This document shows positions 1-13,400 of a stretch of DNA of 64,000 bases, piece by piece. This stretch comes from the human T2T-CHM13v2.0 reference genome, Homo sapiens. Location: NCBI RefSeq assembly GCF_009914755.1, contig NC_060929.1; one strand, 5' to 3'. A program made the position numbers and the translations under genes. Every line of letters begins with the position of its first letter. The first letter of the stretch is position 1. The notes under the pieces are model-generated. The model did not search any database. It was not told the origin of the DNA and saw nothing but the letters and a program-made list of their open reading frames with translations.

Positions 1-29
1 TTCCCTCCCCATCAGAACGAATGCATGGA

Positions 30-125
30 ATATGTCTTTTGTTCACCCTTGTATCCCGGCACCTAACAGAATGCCTGACCTGACCAAAAGGAGGAGCTCA
101 ATAATTTCTTACTGGATGAAGAAAT
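30..125 (+). mobile_element. L2 LINE 3' end remnant
   Basis: tgttcacccttgtatcccggcacctaacagaatgcctg...gctcaataatttc resembles the L2 3' terminus. Confidence 0.65.
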
Positions 126-688
126 AGGAAATTTAAAAAATAATTGAAACTTCAGCTGTGTTAGTTAAATATTATGTTTATATTTTTATCAGATCCTTAA
201 ATAACTAAATCACTTTTTCAGGTCCCTTTGTGTTGATTTTACTCAACACAAAATTTTAGAGTAATAATTTGTATTATGGAACTATTAGGTATGTTACTTA
301 ATAACGTGCTTCTTATTCTTTTGGCTCTTCAGCAAGTTTAAATATTATCTTCAAAAATTCATAAATTTTTCCCTTTATTGACCTTCAAAGTTGCCTCATA
401 ATAAGTATTTCCTACTTCATCTTTTTTTATATCTCTATCACAAATATATTCTGAATGCTTTTCTTGCTCATTTTTTAACTTTAGCTTTCTCCAACCCTGA
501 AACATACAATGGTCTTGTTACTAGTTAGTTTTTCTAAGTTCTATTTGCAAATTTAACAGTAATTATAATATATGACTCTGTCTGTATTTTAAAATTATAT
601 TTTATTTTTAGTCATTCAATATACTGAAATTCTAACATTAGAAAGATAAAATATGTTTTACCTCAGGAATATTCTAAACAAGAAAATA

Positions 689-768
689 TTAGGTTGGTGC
701 AAAAGTAATTACGGTTTATGCCATTGAAAGTAATGACAAAAATCGCAATTGCTTTTGCACTAACCTAA
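689..768. mobile_element. MADE1 (Hsmar1-derived MITE), 80 bp hairpin
   Basis: ttaggttggtgcaaaagtaatt...aattgcttttgcactaacctaa long inverted repeats, TA on both sides (687-688, 769-770). Confidence 0.95.
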
Positions 769-2084
769 TAATTTTAATTGAATGTACTTTTCCTTTGCAC
801 AAAGAACTTGTAATTTCCAGTGTTATTACTTAGAGTTAATTATAACTTTAATAACTTGTGTCAGGCAGAAAAGAGAGAAAGTAATCTTTCATACCATTAC
901 CAAAACTTTCCACTTGTTGGTAGTTTTTCCTGTGGGATTTTTTTTAAATCTGAGATAAATGATATAAACTGATATCAAAAGGAAAACAATTTATAGTTCC
1001 TTTTGGGAGGTCAAATTGATAATAATAATATTAAAACCCCATGGAATTCCAGTCCATTAAGAGATATACATATTTGTGAAAAAGAACATCATACACTTTA
1101 TAAAAAATAAGGATAGGCTAATATCTGCATAGACAAAAACTAACTTTATGTTGTTTTTGAAAGACATTTTAAAAGAAAAATGTTTCTGCTTACCTCCAAA
1201 TTAATGTCTATCATCCTCTGAAATGTCTTTTGTTTAAATAATAAAATCTTCCCTTGAGCTAAAGCCTTATGAGTGTACATAATTAGGATATATTAGTAAG
1301 TTGACATGACTGTGTATTGATTAACCAAAATCAGAAGCCTAATGTAAGAAAATATATTTAGTAATATAGATGAAAAATGTAAACCTCACACTGTGAAGAC
1401 TCTGGAATCTGCTATCTTCCTTGGAAGAGTATCAACTTCTTTGTTTCAGCAGACAGGCATTAAATTAGACGGACTTAAACATTAAACACCAGCATTTGGG
1501 TATCAATTCAAATCACCTAATAATGCTGATTATTAAATCACTTAACAATACCTAATAAAGACTGTGGATTGTTCAAAAACTATGGAAGAGTATATATACA
1601 ATGTTGATCACTCCCTCTCTGGTTCTGTTTTTTCAGGATTCCCCTGACCTCTACAACAAGTTTGGTTGTCTCATATTCTCTCCAGTTCCTTAGGCCAGCT
1701 CAAGTTTTATCAGTATCTTTTGGACCCAATGAGTCCTTCCTGGCCTCACTCCAGAAGAAGACTGGCCTCAGTCCAGAGAAACAAAAAATGTGAAATTCAC
1801 CCACTGGAACTCTCCTTCTCCAAGTATCAGTCTCCTTCCAGAATTTCCGGCTTCTGGTCTCTTTTCAAGGAATTTAGAAGGTACTTTCTATATTCTGTCC
1901 AGAGTTTACATCTGTCTACAATACAGGGTTGCTCTGATACTAGCCTACTTCTTTATTTGTGTGATTTTAAAATTAGTTATTACTCTATTCTAATTTGTCT
2001 AAAGTCATCTATTTTTCAGAAATATTTACAGGGGCTTACTTTCTAATTTATGTTCGAATACAGGTTACTCTATCTAGCAGTTTA

Positions 2085-3356
2085 TCTCATTTGTTCTTTC
2101 AAAGACCAAACTGCTGAACTCGTTAATCTTTTGTGTGGTTTTCGTGTCTGAGTTTCTTTCAGTTCTGCTCTAATTTTGATTATTTTTTGTCTTCTGCTAA
2201 CTGTGGGGTAGTTTGCTCTCCTTTCCCCAGTTCCTCTAGGGATGATGTTATGTTGTTAATTTGAGATGTTTCTAACTTTCTGATGCAGGCATTTAGCTCT
2301 ATAAATATCTTTTTTAACACAGCTTTAACTGTTTCCAGAAATTCCTGTATCTTATATCTCTCTTCAAATTTGTTTCAAAGAATTTCTTGATTGCTGCCTT
2401 AATTTCATTGTTTACACAAAAGGTACACAATGTTGTTTAATTTACATGTATTTGTATAGTTTTGAGCATTTTTCTTGGTTTTGATTTCTCTTTTTATTGC
2501 ACTATGGTCTAAGAGTATCGTTGGTATGACTTCAGTTTTGAATTTTCTAAGGATTGTTTTACAGCTGATTTTGTGGTCAGTTTTAGACTATGTGCTCTGT
2601 ACATATGAGAAGAATGTATATTCTATTGTTTTTGTTGGGGAGAGTTCCGCAGATGTCTAGTAGGTCCATTTGGTCAAGAATCAATTTAAGGCCTTGGATA
2701 TTTTTGTTTATTTTCTGTCTTGATGATCCATCTAATAGTGTCAGTGAGGTGTTGAAGTCTCTTACTATTATTGTGTAGTTATCTAAGTCTCTTTGCAGGA
2801 CTCTAAGAAATTGCCTTATGAATCTAGGTCCTCCTGTGTTTGATGCAGACATATTTATGATACTTAGAACTTTTTGTTGAATTAAACCCTTTAACATTAC
2901 GTAATACCATTCTTTGTCTTTTTAACTGCCTGTTTTGTCTGAAATTAGAATAGCAACACCTGCTTTTTTCTATTTTTCTTTTGCTTTGTAGATTTTTCTC
3001 CATCGCTTTACTTTGAGCCTATGGATGCCATTGCCTATTAGGTGGGTCTCTTGAAGACAGCATTCCACTGGGTATTGCTTCTTTATCCAACCTGCCAACT
3101 GCACATTTTAATTGGGGCATTTTGTGCATTTACATTCAAGGTTTATAGTGATATGTGTGGATTTGGCCCTATTATCATCTTGTTTGCCGGTTATTACGTA
3201 GACTTGTTAGTGTGGTTGCTTTTGTAGTGTCAATGATCTATGTATTCAAGTGTGTCTTTTATGGTGGCTGGAAATGGTGTTTCTTTTCTATATTTAGCAC
3301 TCCTTTCAATTAGACAGGTCTGGCAGTATATTAGGGTTCTCTAGAGGGACAGAATA

Positions 3357-3402
<46 letters not shown>

Positions 3403-5360
3403 GGGAGTTTATTAAGTATTAACTTATAGGATCACAAGTTCACACAATAGGCTGTCTGCAAGTTTAAGGAAAAGGAGGACCAGTCTGAGTCTCAAAACTG
3501 AAGAAGTTGGAGTCCAGTGTTCAAGGGCAGGAAGTATCCAGCACAGGAGAAAGATGTAGGCAGGAAGGGTAGGCCAGTATCCTCTTTCATGTTTTTCTGC
3601 CTGCTTTATCTTCGATGGCAGCTGATTAGATTGTGCCCACTAGATTAAGGGTGGGTCTGCCTTCCCCAGCCCAGTGACTCAAATGTTAATCAGCTTTGCC
3701 AACACATTCACAGACACACCCAGGATTAACACTTTGTATCCTTCAATCTAACCAAGTTGACACTAGTATTAACCATCACAAGTGGTAATGTATCCCCTTT
3801 GCATTTGCTTTTCTGAATAGGACCTTATTTCTCCTTGCTTATGAAACTTAACTTGGCTGGATATTAAATTATTGATTGCAATTTATTTTCTATAAGAATT
3901 CTGATTATAAGCATCCTATCTCTTCTGGCTTGTGGGGTTTCTGCTGAAAGTTCTACTGTTAGCCCAGTTGGGTTCCCTTTGTAGGTGACCTGCCCCTTCT
4001 CCCTAGCTGCCTTTAACATTTTTTCTTTCATTTTAACCTTGGAAAATCTGACGACTATATGTCCATGGGATGGTCATCTTGTGTAGTATTTCATAGGGGT
4101 TCTTTGCACTTCCTGTATTTGAATGTTGGCCTCTTTAGGAAGGTTAGGGAAATTTCCATGGACAATGTCCTGAAATATGTTTTCCAAGTTGTTTGCTTTC
4201 TCTCCCATTCCTTCAGAGTTGCCAGTGGGATATAAATTTGGTCTCTTTACATAATCCCATATTTCTTGGAGGTTTTGTTCATTCTTCATCTTTTTTCTTT
4301 ATTTTTGTCTGACTGAATTATTATGTAGAACTGCTCTTCGAGGTCTGACAGTCCATCCTCAGCTTGGTTGATCATGCTGTTAATACTCGTGATTGTTCTC
4401 TGAAATTCTTGAAGTCAGTTTTTCAGCTCTATCAGATCACTTTGGTTCCTTCCTAAGATGGCCATTTCATCTCTCATCTCCTAAATCATTTTATTGTATT
4501 CCTTAGAATGCTTGGACTCCCCTGAATCTTGATGATCTTCATTTCTGTCCATATTCTTAATTCTGTCTGTCATTTCAGTCATTTCAGCCTGGTTGAGAAC
4601 CACTACTGGAGAACTAGTGTGGTCATTTGGACATTCTGGTTTTTGAGTGGCCAGAGTTCTTGTACTTGTTCTTTATCATCTGTGTAGACTGCTGTTCCTT
4701 CATTTTTTGAAGTTGCTGTCCTTCGTATAGGTGTTTTTGCTGTTACATTTTTTTTTTTTAAACTTTCAGGGTTTGATTGTGGTAAACACTGGGTTCAATA
4801 AACTAGCTTCATTTCTGGAAGATTTTCAAGGGAAAAGACTCAGCTTAGGACTCCTGGCCTGGGTACTCTAACCCTGGGGCCTGGTGTCAGGCCCCCAGCT
4901 TTGTTCTCTGGCCCCTGGAGGCTGTGCTGGAAGGGGTGAGGTGTTTCCAGATCCTGGCCAGAGCACTCTGATGACTGATGCTGGTGAAAGTGCTTTGTTA
5001 GATCGGCAGCAATGGGATCTATGCTCATTCACATGTGCTAGCAGCAGCAGCAAGGTGGCAGGGTGCTTGCACATTGACTGGGTGCAGGGTACCCATAGGA
5101 GTGGGGCTGCAGTGTTCCTGCATGCACTCATGCTGGCAGCAGAGGTGGGGCAGAGTGTTACTGGGTGTGGGCTGCCAACCTCCATGCACACATTTGTAGC
5201 AGTGATGGTGGTTGTGCTAGGGGTGGAGTGGTGGTGTTGTCAGTGTCCACATGTGCATTCACATGGGCAGCAGTGGTGGCACAGGTGGGGCAGGGTTTCA
5301 GACCTCAGCGTGTGCATTCACATTGGTGGCAGAGGCTTTGTGGGTAGGCAGGCTCATCCT
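2085..5360 (-). mobile_element. Old LINE-1 (L1PB/L1MA-like) 5' portion: 5'UTR, ORF1 and ORF2 endonuclease remnants; interrupted by an MLT2A LTR
   Basis: Minus-strand peptides IIVRDFNTSLTLLDGSSRQKINK (EN domain, 2583-2897) and NEQNLQEIWDYVKRPNL (ORF1p, 4074-4289); GC-richer 5'UTR-like block at about 4840-5360. Confidence 0.9.
3328..3780 (-). mobile_element. MLT2A1-like ERVL solo LTR with internal (TA)n(TG)n
   Basis: agggttctctagagggacagaa...caagttgacactagtattaaccatcaca matches the reverse complement of MLT2A. Confidence 0.9.
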
Positions 5361-6399
5361 ATATTTTAAAGCTGGTAATTAAAGACATTATGACACTTGG
5401 TAATTTTTGTTTCTTTAAGCTGTAGTTTTTAGCAAGAATAAAGATATCAACAGATGCTAATTACTGAAATTTAACTTTTGCTGTTCCTACTGGAACTTAC
5501 CAAATGTTCTGTTGCATTATTAGATCTGTTTTTCTGGAAAAAATATACCTTGAAAACACACATAATAAGAGAAAAAGATTATGGTGAAGTAATCTCCAAA
5601 GTTTTCTAAGAGATAAGGAAATAAAAAGTAAAGGGACAAAGAGAAATATGAATGAGGACTGCCTCTGGCTACATACGGAAAATGCTACAATTAGATGTTC
5701 AATCAGAGGGCAAGTCTGAGGGGAGTTAGAAATCCTACTATGGGTGCAACTCTAAAATTCTGAAAAAGTAAAGGGATGGTGGAAGGAATTATTTTTGAGA
5801 AATATGGCTTCTACTCTGAAACCTTTGATTCTGGGCTTAATTATTTAAGATAGTTCTTGCTAGTTATCCTTGCAGTTTTACTGGTGTAATTGTAAATTGA
5901 GTGTTACAATTCCTCTTGAAGTCTCCTAATAATCTATCAGAGGTTTCTTGTTCCTTTTGTCTTTTTGGTCAAATTCATAAAATGAATATAGTATCTTGAC
6001 AACCTGTTTTAAACATTGCTTGTTTATCCAACTTGCCAACTGCACATTTTAATTGGGGTATTTTTGGACCCAATTAAATAAAGCCTTTACAAAAGGCTTT
6101 TATTTCTAGTGCAGTGAAGGCTTTACAATTATTGCATTTACTTTTAACAACAACAACAATACATGGTTTGCACACATTTCATTCCCCTTCATAAACTCTC
6201 TCTCTTCTTCTTTCTCTTCGTACTTGTCCTTCCTCCTCCTCCTCTCTCCCTCTCAATGGTGATTTAAAGATAGTCTGTTGCTATTTGAGGACTTTCACAG
6301 ATCCAGTAACATGGCCACTAGAAATTTTAGTTTATGTCTTGATCCTGATCAAATGCCTGGCTCTTCCATCCATACCCTTAAGTTTATCCAGTGTCAATT

Positions 6400-7330
6400 T
6401 GATAGGGACAGAAGGAAGCCAAGTGCCTAGGTAGGTAGGGGCAGGTACCCTTTGAAAACCCACCTCCAAGCCAAAGACAGTTTAAAGCCTGAAAGCTAAA
6501 CTACAAGCACCGGATTGAGAACTTGTCCTCCTATTTGGCTTGCTTTCCTCTGATCCCCACTCTTCACCTATTTTACATACACCTAACCTTTTCTAATTGG
6601 CTTTCTACACTGCCCTACCCACCTTTAAATGGTGCTTTCACTTTAAGCTTTTTTGCATACTCACAAAACAATCATCATGCACACTCCATCCTGTGCCTGT
6701 AAAGGCCCCAGACTCAGTTGGTAGAGAGGAATATGGCCTGACTTTGGAGAAGAGACAACCTGACTTCAGGGAAGATTACCTGCCCTTCTTTTCCCCTCTC
6801 TAACTCCCCTCTCTGCTGAGACCTGTTTTCATCTATCAATAACATTCTCCACCTTCACCATCCTTCAATTGTCCTTGTGACCTCATTCTTCTTGGCCACT
6901 GGACAAGAGCTTGGGACCCACCAAGTGAGGGTACCCAGAAAAGGCTGTCACACTGGTGCTTTGCCCTCATTGGTGGAGAGCAGCCACACCATGCAATGAG
7001 GCAAGGAGCCAACTGAGCTGCTAACACACTGCTGTCTATCATACTGCAGACAGCAGAACTAAAAGACCACTGTAACACCCCCTCTGAGGCTTTGGGGTTG
7101 CAGGCACCCTCACTTGGGTGCCACTGTGTTCCCCTCAGGGCAACACACCTGGTCTGGCCATGGGCCCCCATGTGGAGCTTGCTCCTGTGTCAGTGCCTGG
7201 AGTGGCCATCTTGATCTCGCACTAGCTCACTCATGTGTTCCCTCCCACAAGGGGCTGAGCACAGAGTGTTGAGTAGATGGGGTGCCCCTGCCATGAGTCC
7301 AGTGAAGGGGCTGAGAAAACTCCTGCATCA
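6400..7330 (+). mobile_element. ERV1 solo LTR, MER50-like
   Basis: TG...CA termini; tgatagggacag...gacagtttaaagcctgaaagc...ggattgagaacttgtc; ends aaaactcctgcatca. Confidence 0.8.
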
Positions 7331-7789
7331 ATTTCATAGTGATTTTTTTTTTCAGCATTTGTGTTTGCTTTTTTTTTTTTTTTTTTGGCCTCTTTCTTTA
7401 GCAGGGCCAATCACACTGCTGTCACTGGCTTCAAACTAGAAAGCTGAATCTACCACTTCCCCTCCTTGGCAATTCCTTCTACCCTTTACTCTGTAGGAGC
7501 TTCTGTTGCCTGTGTGTTGACCCAGGGCTCACCAATTCAGACCAGTAACTTCATTTCTGCCTAAATGAAAATACAAAATACTATTTTGTATATACCAAAT
7601 AAAAGTATCCATAACTAGGAAATGAAATGAAAATACAAAACAGCTTTGAAAAAAGTCAAGAACAAAAGAATCTTTGTAGTTTGTCTTGAATGCAATACAA
7701 GCAATTCTCACAATTGGCCCATATGATCTAACCAAAACAATTCATTAAACTTGAATATGTTGATGACATATGAGAATGTTGTGTATAGC

Positions 7790-8143
7790 TGATATGGTTT
7801 GACTGTATCCCCACCCAAATCTCAACTTGAATTGTACCTCCCAGAATTCCCACGTGTTGTTGGAGGGACCCAGAGAGAGGTAATTGAATCATCGGGGCCA
7901 GTCTTTCCCGTGCTATCCATGTAGTAGTGAATAAGTGTCACGAGATCTGATGGGTTTATCAGGGTTTCTACTTTTGCTTCCTTCTCATTTTTCTTTTGCT
8001 GCCACCATGTAAAAAGTGACTTTCACCTCCTGTCATGATTCTGAGCCTTCCCCAGCCATGTGGAACTGTAAATCCAATTAAGCCTCTTTTTCTTTCCAGT
8101 CTTGGGTATGTCTTTATCAGCATCATGAAAATGGACTAATACA
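7790..8143 (+). mobile_element. THE1A-like MaLR solo LTR
   Basis: tgatatggttt...atggactaataca; perfect 5-bp TSD ATAGC (7785-7789, 8144-8148). Confidence 0.95.
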
Positions 8144-8944
8144 ATAGCCTTTAAGGAACTGTGACTGAATTACATCTGAGTACCCTGGCACTTAGGAGCA
8201 AAGTATCCCATCTTTGCCCATGACTGGGCATGCAGATGTCAACAATAATTGAATGCAAGTGCAGCTCTACAAATAAGAAAAATTACGAGATAGTGGTTTG
8301 TGAGAAAGGATAGAAAAATAAAGAAGCTGCATTTTCAGTGCTGAATGTATTGTGATTGAATTACTAGATAGTTTCATCTGTCATTGTGGCTGAGCATAAA
8401 AAAGTCATACACACAATGCAAAAAAGAAAAGTACATTAATATATCCTACATTAGACTAATCATTTTTGGTATATGGGTTTATTAAATCAGTTGCTATCCA
8501 TATTTGTGGAAGAATAATACAAGTTAATTGTTCCTACTTTTGGTATATTTCAGTTTCCCAAATGGCTCTTCAGATAATTAATATAGTGGAACTTGTACAT
8601 GGGATAGGAAACCAAGTTCCTAAGCAAGTATGACTGACTTGAGTATCACCCTAAACCAAGGTAATGCAAGAGCAGATAAGAATAAAAATAGTGGTAATTA
8701 TAATAATACTGTAAATAGAATATCCAATGTGCCAGAGATGATTCTGGCACAATGGCAGGCTTTGCCTAGGTGAAGAAAATTATACTTCATGAGAATGCCA
8801 GAGTTTTCAATCTATTTTGAGCCTTAGGATCAATAGATGTTTGCCCACTGATGCACTTTTGGCCTTAATTCACCAAGACAAACTTGGCTTTTAAGATATG
8901 CTATCTAGATTTCCATATCATTCAATTTATAACAATTTTTCTCA

Positions 8945-9060
8945 ATGCATTCATTCAAGTTTACAGCAATTTTTGAATACAAACTAATGTGCCAGTTAAC
9001 ATACTAGGTGCTGTGTATACATTGAACAGAAATGATACCTGTTGTCACAAAACACAAGTA
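8945..9060 (-). mobile_element. L2 remnant
   Basis: cattcattcaa...atgtgccag...tactaggtgctg pattern. Confidence 0.55.
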
Positions 9061-10032
9061 TGCATTAAGGAACATGATATTTCATATTGATATTACTATT
9101 TTGTAAAATTAATCTGAATTAATAAACTTAATTTTAGACCCACAAAATGCAGGGCTGAGACATGTTCTAGCTTTCTGTATCTACTTCATATGTTACTATT
9201 TTAGATGGACTATCTGAATAGATGGAAAAAGCAGAAAATATATTTGAAGCAGCCTTAAAAATAGGACAAAATTGAAATAATTATCAGTTCACATTCATAG
9301 CAGATTGACACATATTACTGTATCAGATATGTACTGGACAGTGTATCTGTTAGATATTTATAATTGTATTTAAAAACATAAAGTAAGGTATGGAAGTATT
9401 AAAAAGCTGAACATAAGTTAGCCATGGTAGGGACTTGAAGTTTTTGTAGAGCTCAAGAAGTATTCGTTTTATTTGTATTTTTTTAAGTTTTCAATGAAAA
9501 TGTATAAATGGATTACCTATATTCTTCAAACATCCTTTAGTATTCCAAGATGTTATGTTTTATTTTATAAGTGACCTAACATCAGGCACTGGATGAAGAA
9601 TAACATACACCTTCTAGCATTCTCATCAATGTAGTTTTCAGCATAAAAACATTAACATTTTTGTGTTTTTGTATGGTCTCCAATGGGACTAAATTGAAAA
9701 TGAACTAAAACAAGAAAAAATAAAACCAAGTTAACTCAGTAACCAATGGGACTGATACAGTAAAAACCATTAGTGACAGAGTATTAATAGATTGGCTAAA
9801 ATCTATTTAAAAATTGCTCATTCCAAATATGCAGTGTTCCATGTAATAGAATATAATACTAAGCTAGAAATTTGGATTTGCTTATGTAAATCTGGCTTAT
9901 TCCACATAAATAAGATATGTGGCTTAAGCCAGTGACTGAATTGTGAATTTTTGTTGAATTTCTCTGGATTTATTTAAGATGAAATGAATATTGAATGAAA
10001 GTACCAGAAAATGTATTACTTTACTTATAAGA

Positions 10033-10287
10033 TGATATGGTTTGGCTGTGTCCCCATCCAAAACTCATCTTGAATTGTAATTCCCATATTCCTCACGTGT
10101 TGTGGGAGGGGCCTGGTAATCAAATCATGAGGGCAGTTACCCTCATGCTGTTCTCGTGATAGCGAGTGAGTTCTCATGAGATCTGATGGTTTTATAAGGG
10201 ACTTTTCCCCTTTTGCTTGGCACTTCTCCTTCCTGCCACCATGTGAAAAAGGACATGTTTGCTTCTCCTTCTGCCATGATTGTAAGT
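10033..10287 (+). mobile_element. THE1C-like LTR, 3'-truncated
   Basis: tgatatggtttggctgtgtcccc...ttctgccatgattgtaagt, then an abrupt end. Confidence 0.9.
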
Positions 10288-10289
10288 AT

Positions 10290-10383
10290 ACTGTTTATCT
10301 CCAAGCTGATCAATTTGTATATTTTAAATATGTAAAGCTTTTTGTATGTCAGTAATATCTCAGTAAGTAATTAAAAATAAAAA
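10290..10383 (+). mobile_element. L1M 3' terminal fragment
   Basis: tgtatattttaaatatgtaaagctttttgtatgtcagtaatatctcagtaa followed by an A-rich tail. Confidence 0.6.
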
Positions 10384-10479
10384 TTTGGTCACTCCTATGT
10401 TTAAAAAAGAAAATAAATTTTCTATCATTGCCATTTTGCTAATAATTTTTAAAAATCCTGGGTGTTAAAATATGTGAGA

Positions 10480-12600
10480 TCCTTTTGTTGCGTCTATCGT
10501 GTGAGCTTATCTTTTGTTAATGTAATAAATTGTTTATTTGCCTTTTGATTATTAAAGCAATTTTGTATTCCTGAAATGAAACTTAGCCGTGATCTATAGT
10601 ACTTTCTATACATTACTGAGCAATTGGATATGCTGTTTTTTCTATTTTCTGCATATCTGTTTATGATTTTTATTGCCCTATATCTAATATCTTTTTAATG
10701 CTGTTGTCAGATTTTGGTATAGAGCTTATGCTGGCACAAAAAAGAGTGAGAGGTATGCCCTTTTACTATCCCCTGAAAGACTGTTTTGTAAGATTGATGT
10801 TAGTTGTTACTTATAATAGAAAAAGATATTGCTAAATCTATCCTTTTTGAAGATTTTCACTTGCAGATTCAATTTCTTTAATAGACATAAAGCTCTACAC
10901 ATTTTCTATTTATTCTTGAATCAGAATTGGTAAGCTTGGGCTTTTATAGAATTTTTTACTTCTATCAAAATTTTCAAATGTTTTTACATAAAGCTGCCAT
11001 AGAAATTATTCATATTTGTAGTATTGGTATAGAAGTAAACTTTTTTTATTTCTGATGTTTGCAATTTATAATTTTCATTTTTAAATTTTGATATTGATTT
11101 ATCAAATTTATTAGTGTGTTAATGAACTAGTGTTTGGCTTCATTGATATTTCTATATTCTATACTTGTTTTCTAATTCATCTATTTCTATCATATTTCTT
11201 TTAATTCTATGTGAGTTTAATTTGTCACGTTATCTTCTAGCCCCTTGAAATGAATGCTTAAAGACATGATATTCAGTCTTTCTTTTATAAAATATACAGG
11301 CAAGGTATATATTAAGTATATATATATATATTTGTCCCTAAGTCATGTCTTACTTAATTCTTACAAGTTTTTATGTGCCACAATTTTATTTCCATTCCAT
11401 TTAAAATAATTTCTAATTTCCACTGTGATATCATTAAAAAAACATGGGTTATTTAGATGTGTTTTCTTTTAAAGTTAGAATTTTTTGATTGATTTTTTCA
11501 CTTCATACCACTGAGGCTAGAGAAAATGCTCTTTATGATTCAATCATTTGAAATGTATTAAGGCCTTCTCTATTTTTCAATATGTGGTCGATGTCTATGA
11601 TTATCATTTGTAATTTTAAAAGCAGGGATAATGTGCAGTCATTGAGTGCAGAAGTCTATATATGCCTATTATGTAAAGTTTGTAAAATAAGTTTTCAATC
11701 TTCTGTATCCTTAGTTCCCCTATATTCTCACCAGTAACTAAAAGGTATGTTAAATATTTTCATATTATTATTGATTTATTTATTTCTTATACACATTTTA
11801 TCAACTTTGTAATTTATACACTTTAAAGCTAAATTTTGATACTTAGATACATTTAGGATTGTTATATCTTCCTGCAGAATCCATGCTTTATTTCATAAAG
11901 AAATGCCCTTTTTATGTCTTGTTATGCGTATGATTTAAAATCTTTGTTGTTAGAAGTAAATTAGTTTTCCTGATGATTTCATATATTTCTCAATCTTTTT
12001 ACTTTCAACTGTTCTGTCTCTATATCTGTAATTTTTAAATAGTTGTTAATGATGCTATTTTTATTGTTTTAAACCAGAATCTGATAGATTTTTTCTAAAC
12101 AGGAGAATATGCTCAATATCTATTTCATGTGTTTAGTGATGAATTTCAGTTTATATCTACAATTCTATAATTCCTTTGTTTTTATAGTTCTTCTCCTTAT
12201 TTGACTTCATTTGCTTACATCAATATAATTTTATTGTTATATTTTGTTCTATTTATCTGATAGCAGTGTATTCCTTAATATTCCTTGGCATATTAGAGTC
12301 TAATTTAAACCATGCAATATTAGAATTTGGATATTATAATGCTATGACCACACTTATTCCCTTTTTATATTTTGTGCTATTGTTGTCATATGTTCTAATT
12401 CCTCATATATTTTAAACCTCAGCATTTCATTAATTTATTATTTTAAACAGACAACATTCATTTTTTGAGGTTTTTTTTTTTTTTTCTGCAATACTGGATC
12501 AATGTCAGAGATAATGTTCCGTCTGTGTAAAGACCTCCTTTTAGAAAGAGGTCTTTCTATTGATAGTAAATTTTGATAATTCCATATTAATGATTATTTA
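10480..12600 (-). mobile_element. Highly diverged L1ME-like ORF2 region
   Basis: T-rich strand with L1 antisense motifs (ttgtcagattttggtat, gattcaatttctttaatagacata, tttaggattgttatatcttcctg). Confidence 0.7.
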
Positions 12601-13209
12601 TTTTTGATATTCTGAAGATTTAATGTAATAGTTTTTTATACTTTCATTGTATCTGAGTTTTATTTATCTTTTGATAAACATATATGTTATTTATAACATA
12701 TGTCTTTGAGAAAGAATATTTAAGAGTCAATTTGTTTTTAAAGAGAGTCATTAGTGAAATGTTAAACTGAAGAACAAGCCTTAATAGGTTAAGAATAAAT
12801 TTGAGGTGAGACAGAGTATAGCTTACTGTATCTGATTAGCGCCATAATTTGTTAAAATTAGGGTGGAAGAAATACCTCAAAGAGAGAAAAACAGAAAATA
12901 TTTACGTGAATATGCTACGCAATATATCAAACCTCATATTGAACTTAATGCTCTCTATATTTTGATCACTCTTTCCAGAGTTCTCTATTCTTAAAATTCT
13001 TTCCTTCTGGCCTACCACTGATTATATGCAAAATATTCTAGTCCTAGTCGAAATTACTGGCTCAACTACACTGAGGAAAATAATATTTCCTTCTAGCATA
13101 GTGTCCAGAATGAATCTAAGTAGAAGAAGGGAAGACGAGAAGGACACAAGAAGGAAGACAAGGAAAAATGTCAACCTCAAAGAACTAGAGGAACAACACT
13201 GGAGTTATA

Positions 13210-13400
13210 CGAAACACCCAGAATTAGAATCAGAGCAATTTGATTGGATTTACTACAGCTGATTCTAGATACAAGAACTTTACCGAGCCATTTACAATTT
13301 TTGTGCTTCAATTTCATCATTTTAAAACAGAAAGAAAGCATTTACCTTATACGCTTGTTGCTTAGATTATAAAGGAATTATCTATATAAAAAGTACAATA
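13210..13400 (+). mobile_element. MIR remnant
   Basis: tgtgcttcaatttcatcattttaaaacag MIR core-like sequence. Confidence 0.55.

Noticed and set aside
1666-2046. 126-aa ORF downstream of a ttttttcag acceptor at 1636
   Set aside because: Non-ATG start, no recognisable domain, no good donor site
4840-5369. Overlapping 107-161 aa ORFs
   Set aside because: They fall in the GC-richer L1 5'UTR; chance ORFs
8728-8751. 9-bp stem hairpin tgtgccaga...tctggcaca; a similar one lies at 12529-12556
   Set aside because: Short isolated stems with no supporting context; plausible by chance or local template switching
13026-13262. Purine-rich ORF with a charged peptide (RRREDEKDTRRK)
   Set aside because: Low complexity, runs into a MIR, no splice or pseudogene hallmarks
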